The notes under the pieces: generated by a model | Databases searched by the model: none | Seen by the model: the letters and a program-made list of their open reading frames with translations, nothing else | What the model was told of the DNA's origin: nothing | Source of the DNA: the human T2T-CHM13v2.0 reference genome, Homo sapiens | Reading direction: 5' to 3' (one strand) | Assembly: GCF_009914755.1 (NCBI RefSeq) | Contig: NC_060934.1 | DNA: 64,000 nt | Program-made: the position numbers and the translations under genes | Shown: positions 1-16,325 of the stretch, piece by piece | Layout of the letters: every line of letters starts with the position of its first letter | Position numbering within the stretch: the first letter of the stretch is position 1

Positions 1-162
1 GGGACTACAGGTATGCACCACAAAACCCAGCTAATTTTTGTATTTTTAGTAGAGACGGGGTTTCATCATGTTGGCCAGGATGGTCTCAATCTCTAGACCT
101 CATGATCCGCCTGCCTTGGCATCCCAAAGTGCTGGGATTACAGGCGTGAGCCACTGCGCCCA
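1..162 (-). mobile_element. Alu (partial, window edge)
   Basis: Alu left arm and linker, reverse complement. Confidence 0.95.
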
Positions 163-795
163 GTCTACTGTTCCATTTTTAAATGTTCATTTGTTTCTTC
201 TACTTGGCGAATTTTGCCTTTGTTTCCATGACACCAAGAGTAATGGCTGTTACATGTGGGCTTAGCTTGCCTCAATTTGGAACCTATAGGGACTAGGCCT
301 ACTCTAAGAAGAGCTTTCTATTGTATTCCCAGAAGAGTATGGGGATAGTCTTGTAACCCAGAGATCATGTGAAGCCTGGTGGCTGCCTGAGGTTGACTTC
401 AACTTTGAGGATGAAACCACCACTGACGTCACTGGGCCCTCAGTGGCCATTTCATCTGCCATCTTGTCCTCCTTTTCTTACCCACAAATGCAACTCCTAA
501 CTGAATCCTCTTCCTTAGTTTTCTTCTTTCTGCTTCTGTTCCCCAGGCACCTGATTTTCTAAATAAGCAAACTAAGAACCCCAAGCCATGAAGAGGGTGA
601 GGGGTGGTACATGTCCAGAAACAAGCGCCTGGCAGTGTCTGGTACATATTTGGCACCGAAGGGGAAAGTAATGAAGGAAACCCTGACCTCCTGACTTCAA
701 AGCAAGGACACTTTCCATTTCATATTTGAATTCTTAACACTTTTCCTTCTATTGACAAATGAAGGCTGGGCTTATCAGATATAGAAGTGAAAGTG

Positions 796-1106
<311 letters not shown>

Positions 1107-2939
1107 TCAAAGTGGCTCCAGCCTGACCCTAAGTTTATTTTCTCCCTCTATTTTTCTAGTCTGCCATTCCGTTTCCTGTACATAACTGCAATTTTTATAT
1201 TTTACCAAAATACTTATTCACTTCGTAGGAAGCATAAGGCTTTCGTTTTAGTGCTGATCCTGCTGTTAATTTCTACTTAGCCTTGACCCTGACATTTCTG
1301 GATCTCAGTATCTTTTTTATTTTTTAATTAATTTTTATTTTTTGCACTGCCCCACCTCCACCTCAATGTCTTTTTTAAAAAAATTAGGTGACAACAGCAA
1401 ACGAACTCTAAGCTTTCTTCTTCCAACCTTAACATTCTATGTATCTATAGGTTTATGACAGTTAATCATATGTGAAATCATATTTAACATACAGCTAAAT
1501 TACTATTTCTTCTTCTAACAACCCAAATTGTTATAGAAGTTTTGAAAAAACAGGATGGCTGGTCCCATTCCAGCATAATTTTCACTGGTATTTAAAGAGT
1601 ACACTTGAACTCTATTAAAAATCTCCTGAACCCCAACATTATCTGACAGCATCACTGGCAACTGAATATTTTTCTCTTTGCTAATAACTCTGTCTAAGCA
1701 ATAGGACCAGGACATTAACTTGAATGTCTCCAAAATGAAGGATTGGCTTTATATGAACTGAGACTGCAGAGATATTATGTAAGATGTTGGACTTTGGGGT
1801 ACGTTTCCCGTCCAGTGTCCATCTGGCTGTAAAGATAGAGGGCTGGTGCTTCAACTCCGGCCTTCATGAATCCCTGGACAACTAACTAACAAGCTTCCAG
1901 CCTTGCCAGGGCATTGCCTGGTCTGGTTCCAAACCTCTGCAGACCTCCTGTCCCCTTAAGTGGGCACATTTGGCAAATATATAGCAGATCTCTACCCCAA
2001 CTTACCTGGACAGTCTTGTTTTCTTTTAAAACTTCCTTATCTTTTTGTAAAGTTGATTTATAAATCATCCAAGAAAAAATGACTTAGTTTGTATACAATT
2101 TATGCAATTTTTAACATAATGAATTTATAAATCAGAAAAATCTTGTGCCAAGCCATGGGTTTCAATTTCTTATTCTAAAAAATACAACATTCATAGAACC
2201 AATCTGGCGCTTCTTGGTGTCTCTGTGCTGAAAACATGATTTTCTCTACTGTTCGCCTGGCTCTCACATTCAGCTGCTCTTTTTCCACCTGCCCTCTTCA
2301 CACAACTTATATTTCTCCATTTTTTTTTAAAAACCAACTCTCCACTGATTTTGGTTAACCCATTGGTTACTGCCCATTTTCTCCTTATGCCACTCATTTC
2401 CGTAACTCTGGGGAAAAGCTCAGAAGCTCCTGCACCTCCTAACCACTGTGACCTTGAGTCTTCCACCACCACCCGCCACAATCCTGCTCCTTGCAGGTTA
2501 TTAAAGACGGAATCCAGGGGCTTTGTTGCAATCCTCACGCTCGTTGGCATCCTGCATGGGATTTGATACCTTTGATCACCCACCCTTGAAATTCAGCTTC
2601 CCTCGTGGTTTGAATGCTACCACTCTCTTCTGGTTCTCCACCAAGCACTCAGCGCACCTCCTCAGCCTCCTCTCCTCTGATCTTTCATCCACCCGTTACA
2701 TGGCAGTGTTTCCCCAAGAGTTGGCTTGGCCCCTTTCTCTTGGTAAAATACTCCTAAAAGTGATCATACCTACTCCCACAACTTTAATAACCACCCAATA
2801 TACAGAAATTATCCTCAATTGTATATGTCTAGCTCAGATCCTATCCCAAGCTCTGAACTCTTATGTCAAACTATATAATATTTAAACCCAAAAGTTTACA
2901 AGTCAAACTCACTATCATCTACTCCCTTTACTCAGTTAA

Positions 2940-3308
<369 letters not shown>

Positions 3309-4019
3309 TAATTAGCCTCTAATTCTAGTGACTGCCACCGTGACAGTTCTCCACGTGTCCCTGCGCTCTCCATGTGTCCCAAGACCACTGCCTACTATGA
3401 GACCTTATCACCTCTGATCCAAGCTTTTTCCATTGCTTCCCAAACAGACATGCTACCATCTTTCTTTTTCTCTGCCAAGCCATTCTTCACACACTGCTGC
3501 CTGTTGTCACTGTAGAATACAGCTCTGAGTATGTTATTCCCGTTTTACAGAAAATTTTCACTGACTCCATACTACCTATAGGATAATTTCAAATTCTTAA
3601 CTGGAGCAGAAGAGAGCTCAGATGTCTTCTGTAGCCCCTTGGTCTCCACATGCTCCCCGGCATTTCTTCACGCTCCAGGGACAACACTCTCATTTTTTAT
3701 TCCCAAATGTGCGTGCACCATTTCCCCATCCTTCCCTTGCAGCCTCCCCTCGTGGCCTCACTGCTGCATTTCTACTGGCGAGACTCTGCCACTTAAATGT
3801 CGCCTCCAGTGTGAACGCTTCCCTGGCTTCCAGGCCCAAATGAATGATGTCGGCCATTTTCACAATGATTCCAGAGCACTGAGCCCTAGATATGCTAAAT
3901 CCTATGTGCTATACTACGAGGAAGATTCGAAAGTGGGCTCTTCTGCTTAAGAGCTTGAGGCCCAGAATTACAGACGGCAAGTCCTGACCCTGACTTCTTT
4001 TTCTAAAAACCTTTCACCT

Positions 4020-4478
4020 TAGGTTCAAGGGTCCATGTGCAGGTTTGCTATAGAGGTAAATTGCCTGTCATGGGGGTTTGGTGTACAGTCTATTTTGTCA
4101 CCCAGGTAATGAGCAAAGAACGTGATGGGTAGGTTTTCAACTTGCTCCCTCCTCCCAGCTTCCAACCTCAAGTAGGCCCTGGCGCCTGTTGTTCCCTTCT
4201 TTGTGTCCATATGTACTCAGTGTTTAGCTCCCACTCCTGAGTGAGAACATGCAGTATTTAGTTTTCTGTTCCTGTGTTACTTCATTTAGGATTATGGCCT
4301 CCAGCTCCATCCATGTTGCTGAAAAGGACATGGTCTTGTTCATTCTTGTGGCTGTGTCACATTCCCTGGTGTATACGTAGCACGTTTTCTTCATCCCATC
4401 CACCATTGATGGGCATCTAGGTTGATTCCATGCCTTTGCTATTGTGGACAGTGCCGCGATGAACACGGGCATGCATGT
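4020..4478 (-). mobile_element. Older L1 (L1PB/L1MA-like) 3' fragment
   Basis: ORF 4224..4472 resembles the ORF2p C-terminus (WNQPRCPS, ATWMELE). Confidence 0.85.
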
Positions 4479-4934
4479 CTGACTCTGACTTCTAAGTGCA
4501 TTTCTGCTCCTAGTATTCCGCGCTGTCTCTTCTTCTAGTCCTCATTAAATGAACCTCCCCCAAAACACTCACCATCAGCAGCATCATAATGGCTAGCACA
4601 AGTGGAGAACTCTCTATGTGACAGCAAGCAGGTCATCTATATTATCTCAAATACCTAACAATAAATCTGACCTAGGTCCTCTTATTATCCCCATTTCCAT
4701 TAAGGAAACTGAAGCTGAAAGGTTAACTTTCTTCCAAAGAACACAGCTAGAATATCACAAAGTCCAGGCTCAGCCCCAGAACCACCCTATATTAGAGCTA
4801 GATTTCTTAGCTGAAGCACTGTGCTGACTCACACTATCGGTGTGGCTCACTTCTTATTTTAATGTCTTGCCTGGGTTCTTAGAGGTATTTGCTTCTAATG
4901 TCTCTTCTGCCCACTGGCTGGGATTTTCCAACTA

Positions 4935-5639
4935 CAATTAACTCTTTTTTTTTTTTGAGAGGGAGTCTCACTCTGTCGCCCAGGCTGGAGTGCAGTGGCG
5001 TGATCTTGGCTCAATGCAAGCTCTGCCTCCCGAGTTCCCGCCATGCCTGGCTGATTTTTTATATTTTTAGTAGAGACGGGGTTTCACCATGTTAGCCAGG
5101 ATGGTCTCGATCTCCTGACCTCGTGATCCCCCCGCCTCGGCCTCCTAAAGTGCTGGGATTACAGGCGTGAGCCACCGCGCCCGGCCTACAGTTAACTCTT
5201 GAACAACAGAGGTTTGAACTGCCTGGGTCCACTTAAACACAGATTTTCTTCCGTCTCTGCCACCCCTGAGACAGCAAGACTAGTGCCCCCTCCCTCTTCC
5301 TCCCCAACCCACTCAATGTGAAGATGATGAGGATGAAGACCTTTATGATGATCAACTTCCACTTAATAAATAGTAAATATATTTTCTCTTCTTTACAATT
5401 TTCTTGATAGCATTTTATTTTCTCTAGCTTACTTTGTTGAAAGAATACAGTATGTAATATATAAAACATATAAAATATCTGTTAATTGACTGTTTATGTT
5501 AATGGTAAGCCTTCTGTCCGTCATAGGTATTAGTAGTTAAGTTTTGGGGGACTTGAAAGTTGTATGTAGATTTTTCACTGCATGACAGGGAAGCAGGGGG
5601 CCAACGACCCTAATCCCAGCATTGTTCAAGAGTCAACTG
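4935..5639. mobile_element. Tigger2a/MER28-like DNA transposon, interrupted in its left TIR by an Alu
   Basis: TIRs CAGTTAACTCTTGAACAA / TTGTTCAAGAGTCAACTG, with TA flanks. Confidence 0.8.
4945..5186 (-). mobile_element. Alu (young S/Y-like) with internal deletion
   Basis: TSD ctaca(a/g)ttaactc; part of the right arm is missing near 5036. Confidence 0.92.
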
Positions 5640-6100
5640 TACTTCATACAGCATTATCTGATTCTGACAACTTGTTTGGACTATTATTACATTTTATATT
5701 TTGCCTTACCTACCAGCCCAAACTCCTCCCAGCACTTGTTTTTGAGTTTATTTTCCATCTCCGTGCCTAAGACCCGATCACATTTGAGGTTTCACTCCTG
5801 CTGTTTCCTCCTGCTGCACTTTGTTAAGCCAAGCCCAGCTGCATGCTGAAATATGGCAGTGTTCATAGAAAACCTTGTCTGTGTGTTTATGTCCCATGTA
5901 GGTGGAAAACCCTCCTCATGACCACAAGAGGGAAAATCCTAGCCATGCTGGCATGCTGTTGACCTAGGCTTTGGTTTGGTGACACACTTTGTATGTTAAA
6001 TTCCATGGGTTCTGCACTGTATCAAAGAAAAGAACACCATGCAGATGAGGGAGGAAACAAGGGGTAGAGCAATACCCACCACAGTCAAAACTATAAGTAG

Positions 6101-6433
<333 letters not shown>

Positions 6434-6475
6434 AAGACCCTTCTTTTGCTTCAATATTTATTTCACCTTTATTCC

Positions 6476-6778
<303 letters not shown>

Positions 6779-7650
6779 TCACCTTCACTCTTAAAGGAAT
6801 TTTAGGAGAGCATAGAGTTCCTGGCTGGTAGTTACTTTTTTTTCTTTAATCTGAATATATCAGTCTATTGTCTTTAAAAAAATTTTTTTTACTTCCAATC
6901 CTGGTTGAAAAGTCAGCATTTAGTCTCTACTTTCTAACAAGCAATCTGTTCCCCACCTACCTACTCCTCTAGCTGACTGTAACATTTTTTCTTTATCTTT
7001 GTTATTATTTTTTTTTTTAGAAAAGTACATCATTCTATTTATCCTGCTTTGCTGTTTGGGTTCCTTGAGATTCTATTTTTTTAATGATGACTTCCACCAG
7101 TTTTGGAAAAATTTTAGTCAGTAGCTCTTCAAAGTTTGCTTCTGTTCCATATATCTCTCTTTTCCTTGTGAGACTCCAATTAACTGTGTGTTATATATTT
7201 TCTGAGTGTGTTCTATGTGTCTTAACCTCTCTTATATATTTTTCATCCTTTTTTTATCCATACTTTTTTCTGAGTAGATTCTTGACTTATCTTCCAGTTC
7301 ACTGTTTCTCTGTAGTCACTATTTATCTCTTCATCTCTGCCTAGTCCCCCCAAAAAGCCTTCTGCTGAGGTGTTAATTTTAGCTATGGTATTTATCAGTT
7401 CTCAAATTTGTAGTTGGGTCTTCTTCATATTGCAATGTCACTTTCTATAGTATGCAGTTCCTTGCTGAAAGTTCTCAGTTTGACTTTTATTTCCATGAGT
7501 TGAGTAATCACAGTTGTACAGCAAGTGTGCCAGGTAACTTTACTATCTGGCATATTAGTGGATTTGTTTCTATTGTCTCTTACTCATATTACATCTCATT
7601 TTTGTTATATTGTCCCCTCAAGTACATGACTATCTTTGATAGTGTGTTGG

Positions 7651-8425
7651 TGATACACACAGGATACAGGGAAATACTAGGTAGAAGAGGGCAGTTCCCC
7701 AGCAAAGGCCCCACTCTCAAGCCTGGAAACCCATGGCCCTAAATGGGAACAGGCATTCCTGTTTCCACACCCAAATTTTGCCTTTTGGCCTGCCACACCC
7801 CCTTATCCTGTATTCATATAAACCCCTAAACCCAGGCTTCAAAAGTAGACAAGCAGATGAGCAGATAAATAGAAGAGCAGAGGAGCAGAAGAGCAGTACA
7901 GCAGAGAAAGAGAGAAGAGAAGGAGCATCTGAACATTGAGAGGAGTTCAGCCAGGGTCAGTCAAAGAAGAAATCGGCCATGGGACAGTGAACTCCAGGGG
8001 GAGGATCATCTTCCCTTTCCACCCCCTTTCCAGCTCCCCATCCATCCCACTGGGAGCTGTCTCCATCATCCAGTAAAACCCCTGCATTCACCATCCTTCA
8101 AGTCCATGTGTGACCTGATTCTTCCTGGACACCAAACAAGAAGATGGGTACCAAGAGGACACTGAGCTGGTTAAAACTTAAGCCATCTGAGGATGGCAGA
8201 GCTAAAAGAGCACTGTAGCATGCCCACTAGGGCTCTGGGAGTTGTAGGCACCCACCCCTAGATGCTACCATGGGGCCCGGAGTCCAGAAGCACTCTCCCC
8301 GGCTCCTGCACCCCTGTCTGCATGTTTCCCTGCCCATAAGGGGTTTGAACATGCAGCACTTGAACAGATGAGACACACCCCTGTTGAATGTCCTGTAACG
8401 GAGGTCAGGGAACTCTCTTATTTAA
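7651..8425 (+). mobile_element. Solo ERV1 LTR, MER50-like
   Basis: TGATAC...GGGAACTCTC..TTTAA; TSD ttgg/tcgg; strongly similar to 15570-16325. Confidence 0.8.
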
Positions 8426-9281
8426 TCGGCTATTACACATGAAAAATTATAGGTAGAAATGATGTCTAGAATGTTAATATCTCTCTTTGAAGAAGATTTT
8501 AAATTGCTTTTGCTGGATGTCCAGTGCCTAGATGCACGAGAAATACAAGATTCACTCTCATTATTTCATGGCTTCAGATTTTGGGGATTCACTCAGGTAA
8601 CTCAAATATTGAATGCAGTCTCAGTGAAGGCTGTTTTCCTTTCATTTTACCTAAGATACGAATGGCTTACCAAGACTGCCACTCTAACAAAGCTCTGGAC
8701 TCAAACTTTGGTCCTCTTTGTCCTGAGAGGCTCTCAGAAGAGCTGCTAAACCTTTGTGGATCAGTAAAGGCCCTGCAGGAAAAAATGGTCCCAAAGACTG
8801 GACTCACACCTCTCTCAGATATTCACTCAGAAACTTCACACTACCTCATGAACCACTGGCTACTTTTAGAAAGATGTTTGTAAATGTCATCCAAAATTTC
8901 GAAATGGTCTTTGTCAGGAGAGTAGCTGGATGTTCTACGCTTTCAGTCTGCATGATGCTTAGCCAACTTAGACTCTGAAGACTCATTTGGATGGTTAATA
9001 TACAGTGATAAATAAACTTAACTTTCATTAATAACCTAATCTTGTAAAATAATATTGAAATCATACCATTAAAATGGACTACTTGGAAAAATGTAAACAA
9101 ACCTTTGAGTTTTCTTGGGTTAAATTTGAAAGAAGCTAGCCAGTTGGATCTTGTGTAGGAAACTATCAGGACACTAACATTGAAAGATCCAGTAACCAAG
9201 AGAATCTGGTTTGTATTTGAATGAAATGTTGATATACACAAATGAAAGATGAAAAACTTTTTGTTAGAAAATCAGGTAGCC

Positions 9282-11363
<2,082 letters not shown>

Positions 11364-11495
11364 AGAAAATTAGGTAGCCAAAAAATTTAAAAACAGAAAG
11401 AAAAAAAAACCCTTCAAAATAGAACTTCATTCACTCTTATATGAAGCGCAAAGCATTAGTTTCAGGTAGGAATTCATTAAAAGTGTTGGTAGTAG

Positions 11496-11681
11496 TGATG
11501 GGCCAGAAGGCAGGAAAATGCTTGGTAGAAGAGGTTGAGGTCCCTGGTGAGTGCTCCACCCTCAAGCCTGGATCTGCCACTCAAAGTGAGAACCATCCCT
11601 GTTTTCCCACCCAAATGTTGCCTTTTGGCCTGCCCTGCGCCCATCTGGTGCCCATAAGAACTCCAAGCCCCAGACTCAGCA

Positions 11682-11736
<55 letters not shown>

Positions 11737-12349
11737 GAGAGAAGTGTCTGAACGTCAAGAGGAGAAGAAGGAGCTGGACATCGGAGACTATGGTCAGAGA
11801 GGAGTTCAGCCAAGGAAGGCCAGACTCCTGCAACCCACTTCCTCCAACCTCTTTCAAGCTCGCCTTCCTGCTGAGAGCCACTTCTACCTCTTAATAAAGT
11901 TATCCACATTCACCACCCTTCAATTTGTTCGTGTGACCTGATTCTTCCTGGACACTGGACAAGAACTTGGGTACCCAAGAGGTCAGGGTGTAAAAGGCTG
12001 TCACCCTGACCCTCCACTGAGCTGGTTAACACTTAGCTGTCCATGGACGGCAAATGCTAAAAGAGCACTGATTGCAACACATGCCCTTTGGGGCTCTTGG
12101 GGTCGCAGACACCCTCTCCGAGATGGCAGAGCTAAAAGAGCATTGTAACAAGCTTGGACGCTGCCGTGGGCCGTGCACAGAGCCTGCTTCCACCAGAGAG
12201 GAGGGACCAGCCAGTTCTAGGGTTCGTTCACCCCGGTTCCTGCATTCGTCTATTCGTGTGCTCCCTCCTGAATTCAGCTAGGCAGCCAAGCAAATAAGCC
12301 ACCCCCTTCGCAAGTCCTGTAAAGGAGTCCAGGAAACTCTCCCATCTCA
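11496..12349 (+). mobile_element. Solo ERV1 LTR, MER50-like, with internal (CA)n
   Basis: TG...CA ends, TSD GTAG on both sides; shared blocks ccccaccctcaagcctgg and gtgacctgattcttcctgga. Confidence 0.78.
11683..11732. repeat. (CA)n microsatellite, about 25 units
   Basis: Read directly. Confidence 0.98.
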
Positions 12350-13014
12350 GTAGCAGAAACTCTTTTTGTCATCTGACCAATTCATAGCCATATTCCTTCT
12401 CCTCCACTCCCATCTCCCAACCTGTTCTATCAGAACATGGATTTGTTCAAGTAGCAAATCAAGATATCCTTGTCTCAAGAGAAGCAGAATCCTGTGAAAA
12501 TCCCAGATGCTTAATAATAATAATTGATCTAAAACATTTATGATAAATCTATTCCACGATACTTTCTGGATCTCTTTTGTAGTCAGTTCTGGCTAATGAT
12601 ATATCAGGGGCTTTTTTGGAAAATTTGCTTTCCTTATTAAAAGAAACACAAACAAAACAGAAATAGTTAACACTATTGCTTCTTCCTTTTTTCAGAGGTA
12701 GACTCAGGTAGGACATTCAGATAAAAACCACTGCAGCCATTTTTTGACCATGAAGTAACAACAAAATGAAAAGCCAACAGGCTAATAATGGTAGCGCAGA
12801 AACTGACTTGCTAAAAAACCTAGAGATTATCTACTTCCTGATTTGTTTTTAGGTAAAAAATAAATGTCCTTATATTTTAAGTTGCCAATAGTTTGGTTTC
12901 CTATGATTCGACATTAAAAACACCCATAAGTAATATATTCACTAAATATGCTTATATGGCAGTGTTTTGACCGAGGTTTGACTGGAGACAATGCTTGAAA
13001 TTTATGTCACTTAC

Positions 13015-13184
13015 CATAATACAAGAGTCTTGTGATTCAAGATCAAAGTCAGTGAAGTTCAAGAGAACACGATGATTTCTGTCAACCCGAATGACCCAAG
13101 AACAGTCTGTGTTGCTCCTATAAGGACTGGGGTAATTTGGAGAATGTATCTCTCCACTGGGAGCCTGGAAAATCCCACCACAAC
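13015..13184 (-). CDS. CUBN: Cubilin coding exon (exon 31; N-half of CUB10): [57 protein letters not shown]
   Basis: ORF 12952..13203; acceptor cacttccag|GT, donor ATG|gtaagt; 170 nt, phase 1 to 0. Confidence 0.96.
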
Positions 13185-13889
13185 CTGGAAGTGGGGAACA
13201 CAATTATTTCATGAGAGGAATCATGGATGCTCGAAAATAATCCATTACCTGGTTGTATAGATCAATACATTACTTTGCTTGAATCAGTTAGTCGATGCTA
13301 AAAACACTGAAGAATTTGATATCCACATTAAGCCATTTATCCCAACAGAATAAGAAGGGATGACATGGATGATACTAAGAGAATACTTCAAACACTTTAA
13401 ATACAGATGCCAAAATTTATTTTAAAAATAATTAAAAGGAAACGCAAATGAAATCACGTTTTCACAAAGCCATGGAATGCTGCTTCTTCATTGTCCTCTA
13501 AAAATATAGCATACTGGAAGAATAATATGTTTCCTTCCAGAATTGTGATAATCTAGTAGTGCATGCATTTAAAAATAATTTAATATCTACCCTTTAAAAA
13601 TTTAATATTCGGATATAGTACAGTTACTTAGGTTTTTAAAAATTCCTTTGATGTTATCAAATACCTGTTAGTTCAATGTCTTCTCTATGACCCACCATTT
13701 CTTGGATTTATGATAATATAAGCCAATAATAGAAAACTTTGGCACTATTTTCTAATAATGGAGAATCATTCAGGGGTAATCTAAACACTAAATGTGTGTG
13801 TCTGTGTGTGTGTGTGTGTTTATTTAAATTCCTACATAATTAACTTTAGGGGAGAGCTCTTATATAGATACCTTGGTTATGATAGAGTT

Positions 13890-14120
13890 GAAGAAGTGTG
13901 GCCATAACGTAGTCTGGAATCACATATGTGCTTTGACGTTTTCTAGCTGTGGAACTTTGGGCAAGCCACTAACCTTTCTAAGCTTCAGTGTCCACACTGG
14001 TAAGATGAGGATATGAAGCGGACTTCCCTCACAGGGTGGTTGTAAGGACTAGAGATAATCCTCATAAAATAGTTAGAAAAGTGCCTAGTACACAGTAAGC
14101 ATTCTGCAAATGTGGCTATC
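13890..14120. mobile_element. MIR (similar MIR remnants near 4.6, 19.4, 21.8, 25.9, 26.4, 31.3, 55.9, 61.0, 61.9 and 62.8 kb)
   Basis: MIR core: ggcaagccactaacctttctaagcttcagt..gtgcctagtacacagtaagc. Confidence 0.7.
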
Positions 14121-14634
14121 TCTAGTAGTTGCATATGCTAACATCTGTTACACTATTTTGTGCCATAGATTTTTGTTATAGTTTAAAAATATACAACAGG
14201 CAATTTATTTAGACTACCTAAAATCTTGGGCAGAAAGTCACCATAGAACACACAGTAATTCCTTGGGATTCACAAATTTAATGTTTGCAAGTTTGATATT
14301 TGCCAAGAATCTAAAGGTCTGTACTATGGCATGAGGTATGGAGGCTGGTTAAGAGGTATGAGCCCTTGGAGAGTGGGTCTGGCCTATCACCCTAGTTCTG
14401 CTCTCACCATGGACTTACACACTTACATTCTTGCTTTCACATATGTGGTGACCCTTAGGAAGTTAAACTTTATCACGTATTTTAGGGAAGGGTATATGTC
14501 AGGTCTCAGTAGGCTGCCCTTTGGGATGTCACTAAGTTATCAGTGTGTAGCCTTCATACGTTTTCCCAAGCATTTCATGAAATTTAACGAGGGCTCGGCT
14601 TAAGTACTTTAGGAAACCTCCTTTTCTCACTCAC

Positions 14635-14809
14635 CTCCAGTGACTGCTTGCCATGACGCATTGAAGCCTCTCCCATTTATGGACAAGTCGGTCTTGAATC
14701 GAATTGCTAGCTCATTTCCAGTGCTGGAGACCTGCATGGGGTTCTCAGGTGATCTCTGGGTACACAGTTGGGCTATTCTGGGAGAGTGGAAATCGGGGCC
14801 TCCATAGAT
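14635..14809 (-). CDS. CUBN: Cubilin coding exon (exon 30; C-half of CUB9): [59 protein letters not shown]
   Basis: Acceptor tgttag|ATC, donor GGAG|gtgagt; 175 nt, phase 0 to 1; found by manual reverse translation and absent from the ORF track. Confidence 0.95.
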
Positions 14810-15569
14810 CTAACATGGGATGTAGGAAAAAAGACTTTAAAAAATATTTTAAGCAATTACAGGCCCTTGCTCTGGCTCATTTTGACCCCCGGCTCCTTGG
14901 GTTCTATGATTATTGGAGATTGAAATCTCAGCCTCCCTGGGTGGGGATGCACTATAAACTTGAGCTGAGTTTTCAAAGGCACTCCCTGTGCCTTAGGAAC
15001 ACACAAGTTCAATCACCCATAAAATGCCTGCTTGTTTCATCAGCCAGAATTGCAGAGGAGGACGGAGTAGATTATTCCAGAATCTTCCCTATCTCCTCTT
15101 TTTGTCTTTTTCATTTCTTTGTGGGCTTTCCTGCTTTCTCTAGCAGAAACATTACAGATCATACAATATTAAGTCGATTTTCTGAATTTTAGGGGGACCT
15201 TTAAAAAAAGAAATGTCTGATTTTCTAACTCTGGCACATATGATTAGTCTTAGCATAAAGCCATTTTGTTATGAAAGTTGAGTTCACTGAAGGCTACCAA
15301 TATCCCAGTTATATTTTTAGGAATTTCCACCTACCCTGCAAACTGAATGTTTTCTAAGACCACACATTGAATATAACACGTATGCTTCTTTAGGAGGAGT
15401 GGAAATACCAGCTCTCTGGGTGTGTTTTGGAGCCTAAGGAAGGGGATGCTATGCACCCTCCCTGTGCCTGCTCCCAGCACGCCCATGCCCAGGAACCTGA
15501 CTAAGTGCATCCCACTTTTCTGCTCAGGGATTGCCCTAGACTCTGCCTTAGTCTCCAGATGGCTCCTTC

Positions 15570-16325
15570 TGATATAGACAGCAGACAGGGAAACACTGGG
15601 TAGAAGAGGGAGGTTCCCTGGCAAAGGCCCCATCCCCAAGCCTGGAAACCCACGGCCCTAAACGGGAACAGGCATTCTTGTTTCCACACCCAGATGTTGC
15701 CTTTTGGCCTGCCACGTCCCCATCTCCTGTACCCATATAAACCTCCAACTCCAGGCTCCACGAGCAGATGGGCAGATGAATAGAAGAGCAGAGGAGGAGA
15801 AGAACAACGTGGCAGAGAAGGAGAGAGAAGGAGCATCTGAACGTTGAGAGGAGTTTGGCCGGGGATGGTCAGACAGTTGATCATCCACAGCACAGCGAAA
15901 CTCTATGGGGAAGATCATCTTCACACTCCATCCCCTTTCCAGTTCCCCATCCATTCCAATGACAGCTACCTCCATCGCCCAGTAAAATCCCCACATTCAC
16001 CATCCTTCAAGTCCGTGTGTGACCTGATTCTTCCTGGATGCCAGACAGGAAGTCGGGTACCAAGAGTCACTGAGCTGGTTAACACTTGAGCCCTCTGTGG
16101 ATGGCAGAGCTAAAAGAATACTGTAGCCTGCCCATGGGGGCTTTGAGAGTCACAGGCACCCACCACTAGACCGTACTGTGGGTAGCATCTTGCCTGGGTT
16201 CCTGCACCTGCCAATCTGCATGCTCCCCCTCCCATAAGGGGTTTGAGGGCACCACAGCCGAACAGATGTGCCACACCCCTGTCACAGGTCCTGCGACGGG
16301 GTGGTCAGGGAACTCTCTTGTTTCA
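15570..16325 (+). mobile_element. Solo ERV1 LTR, MER50-like
   Basis: TGATATAGACAG...GTTTCA; TSD CTTC on both sides. Confidence 0.8.
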
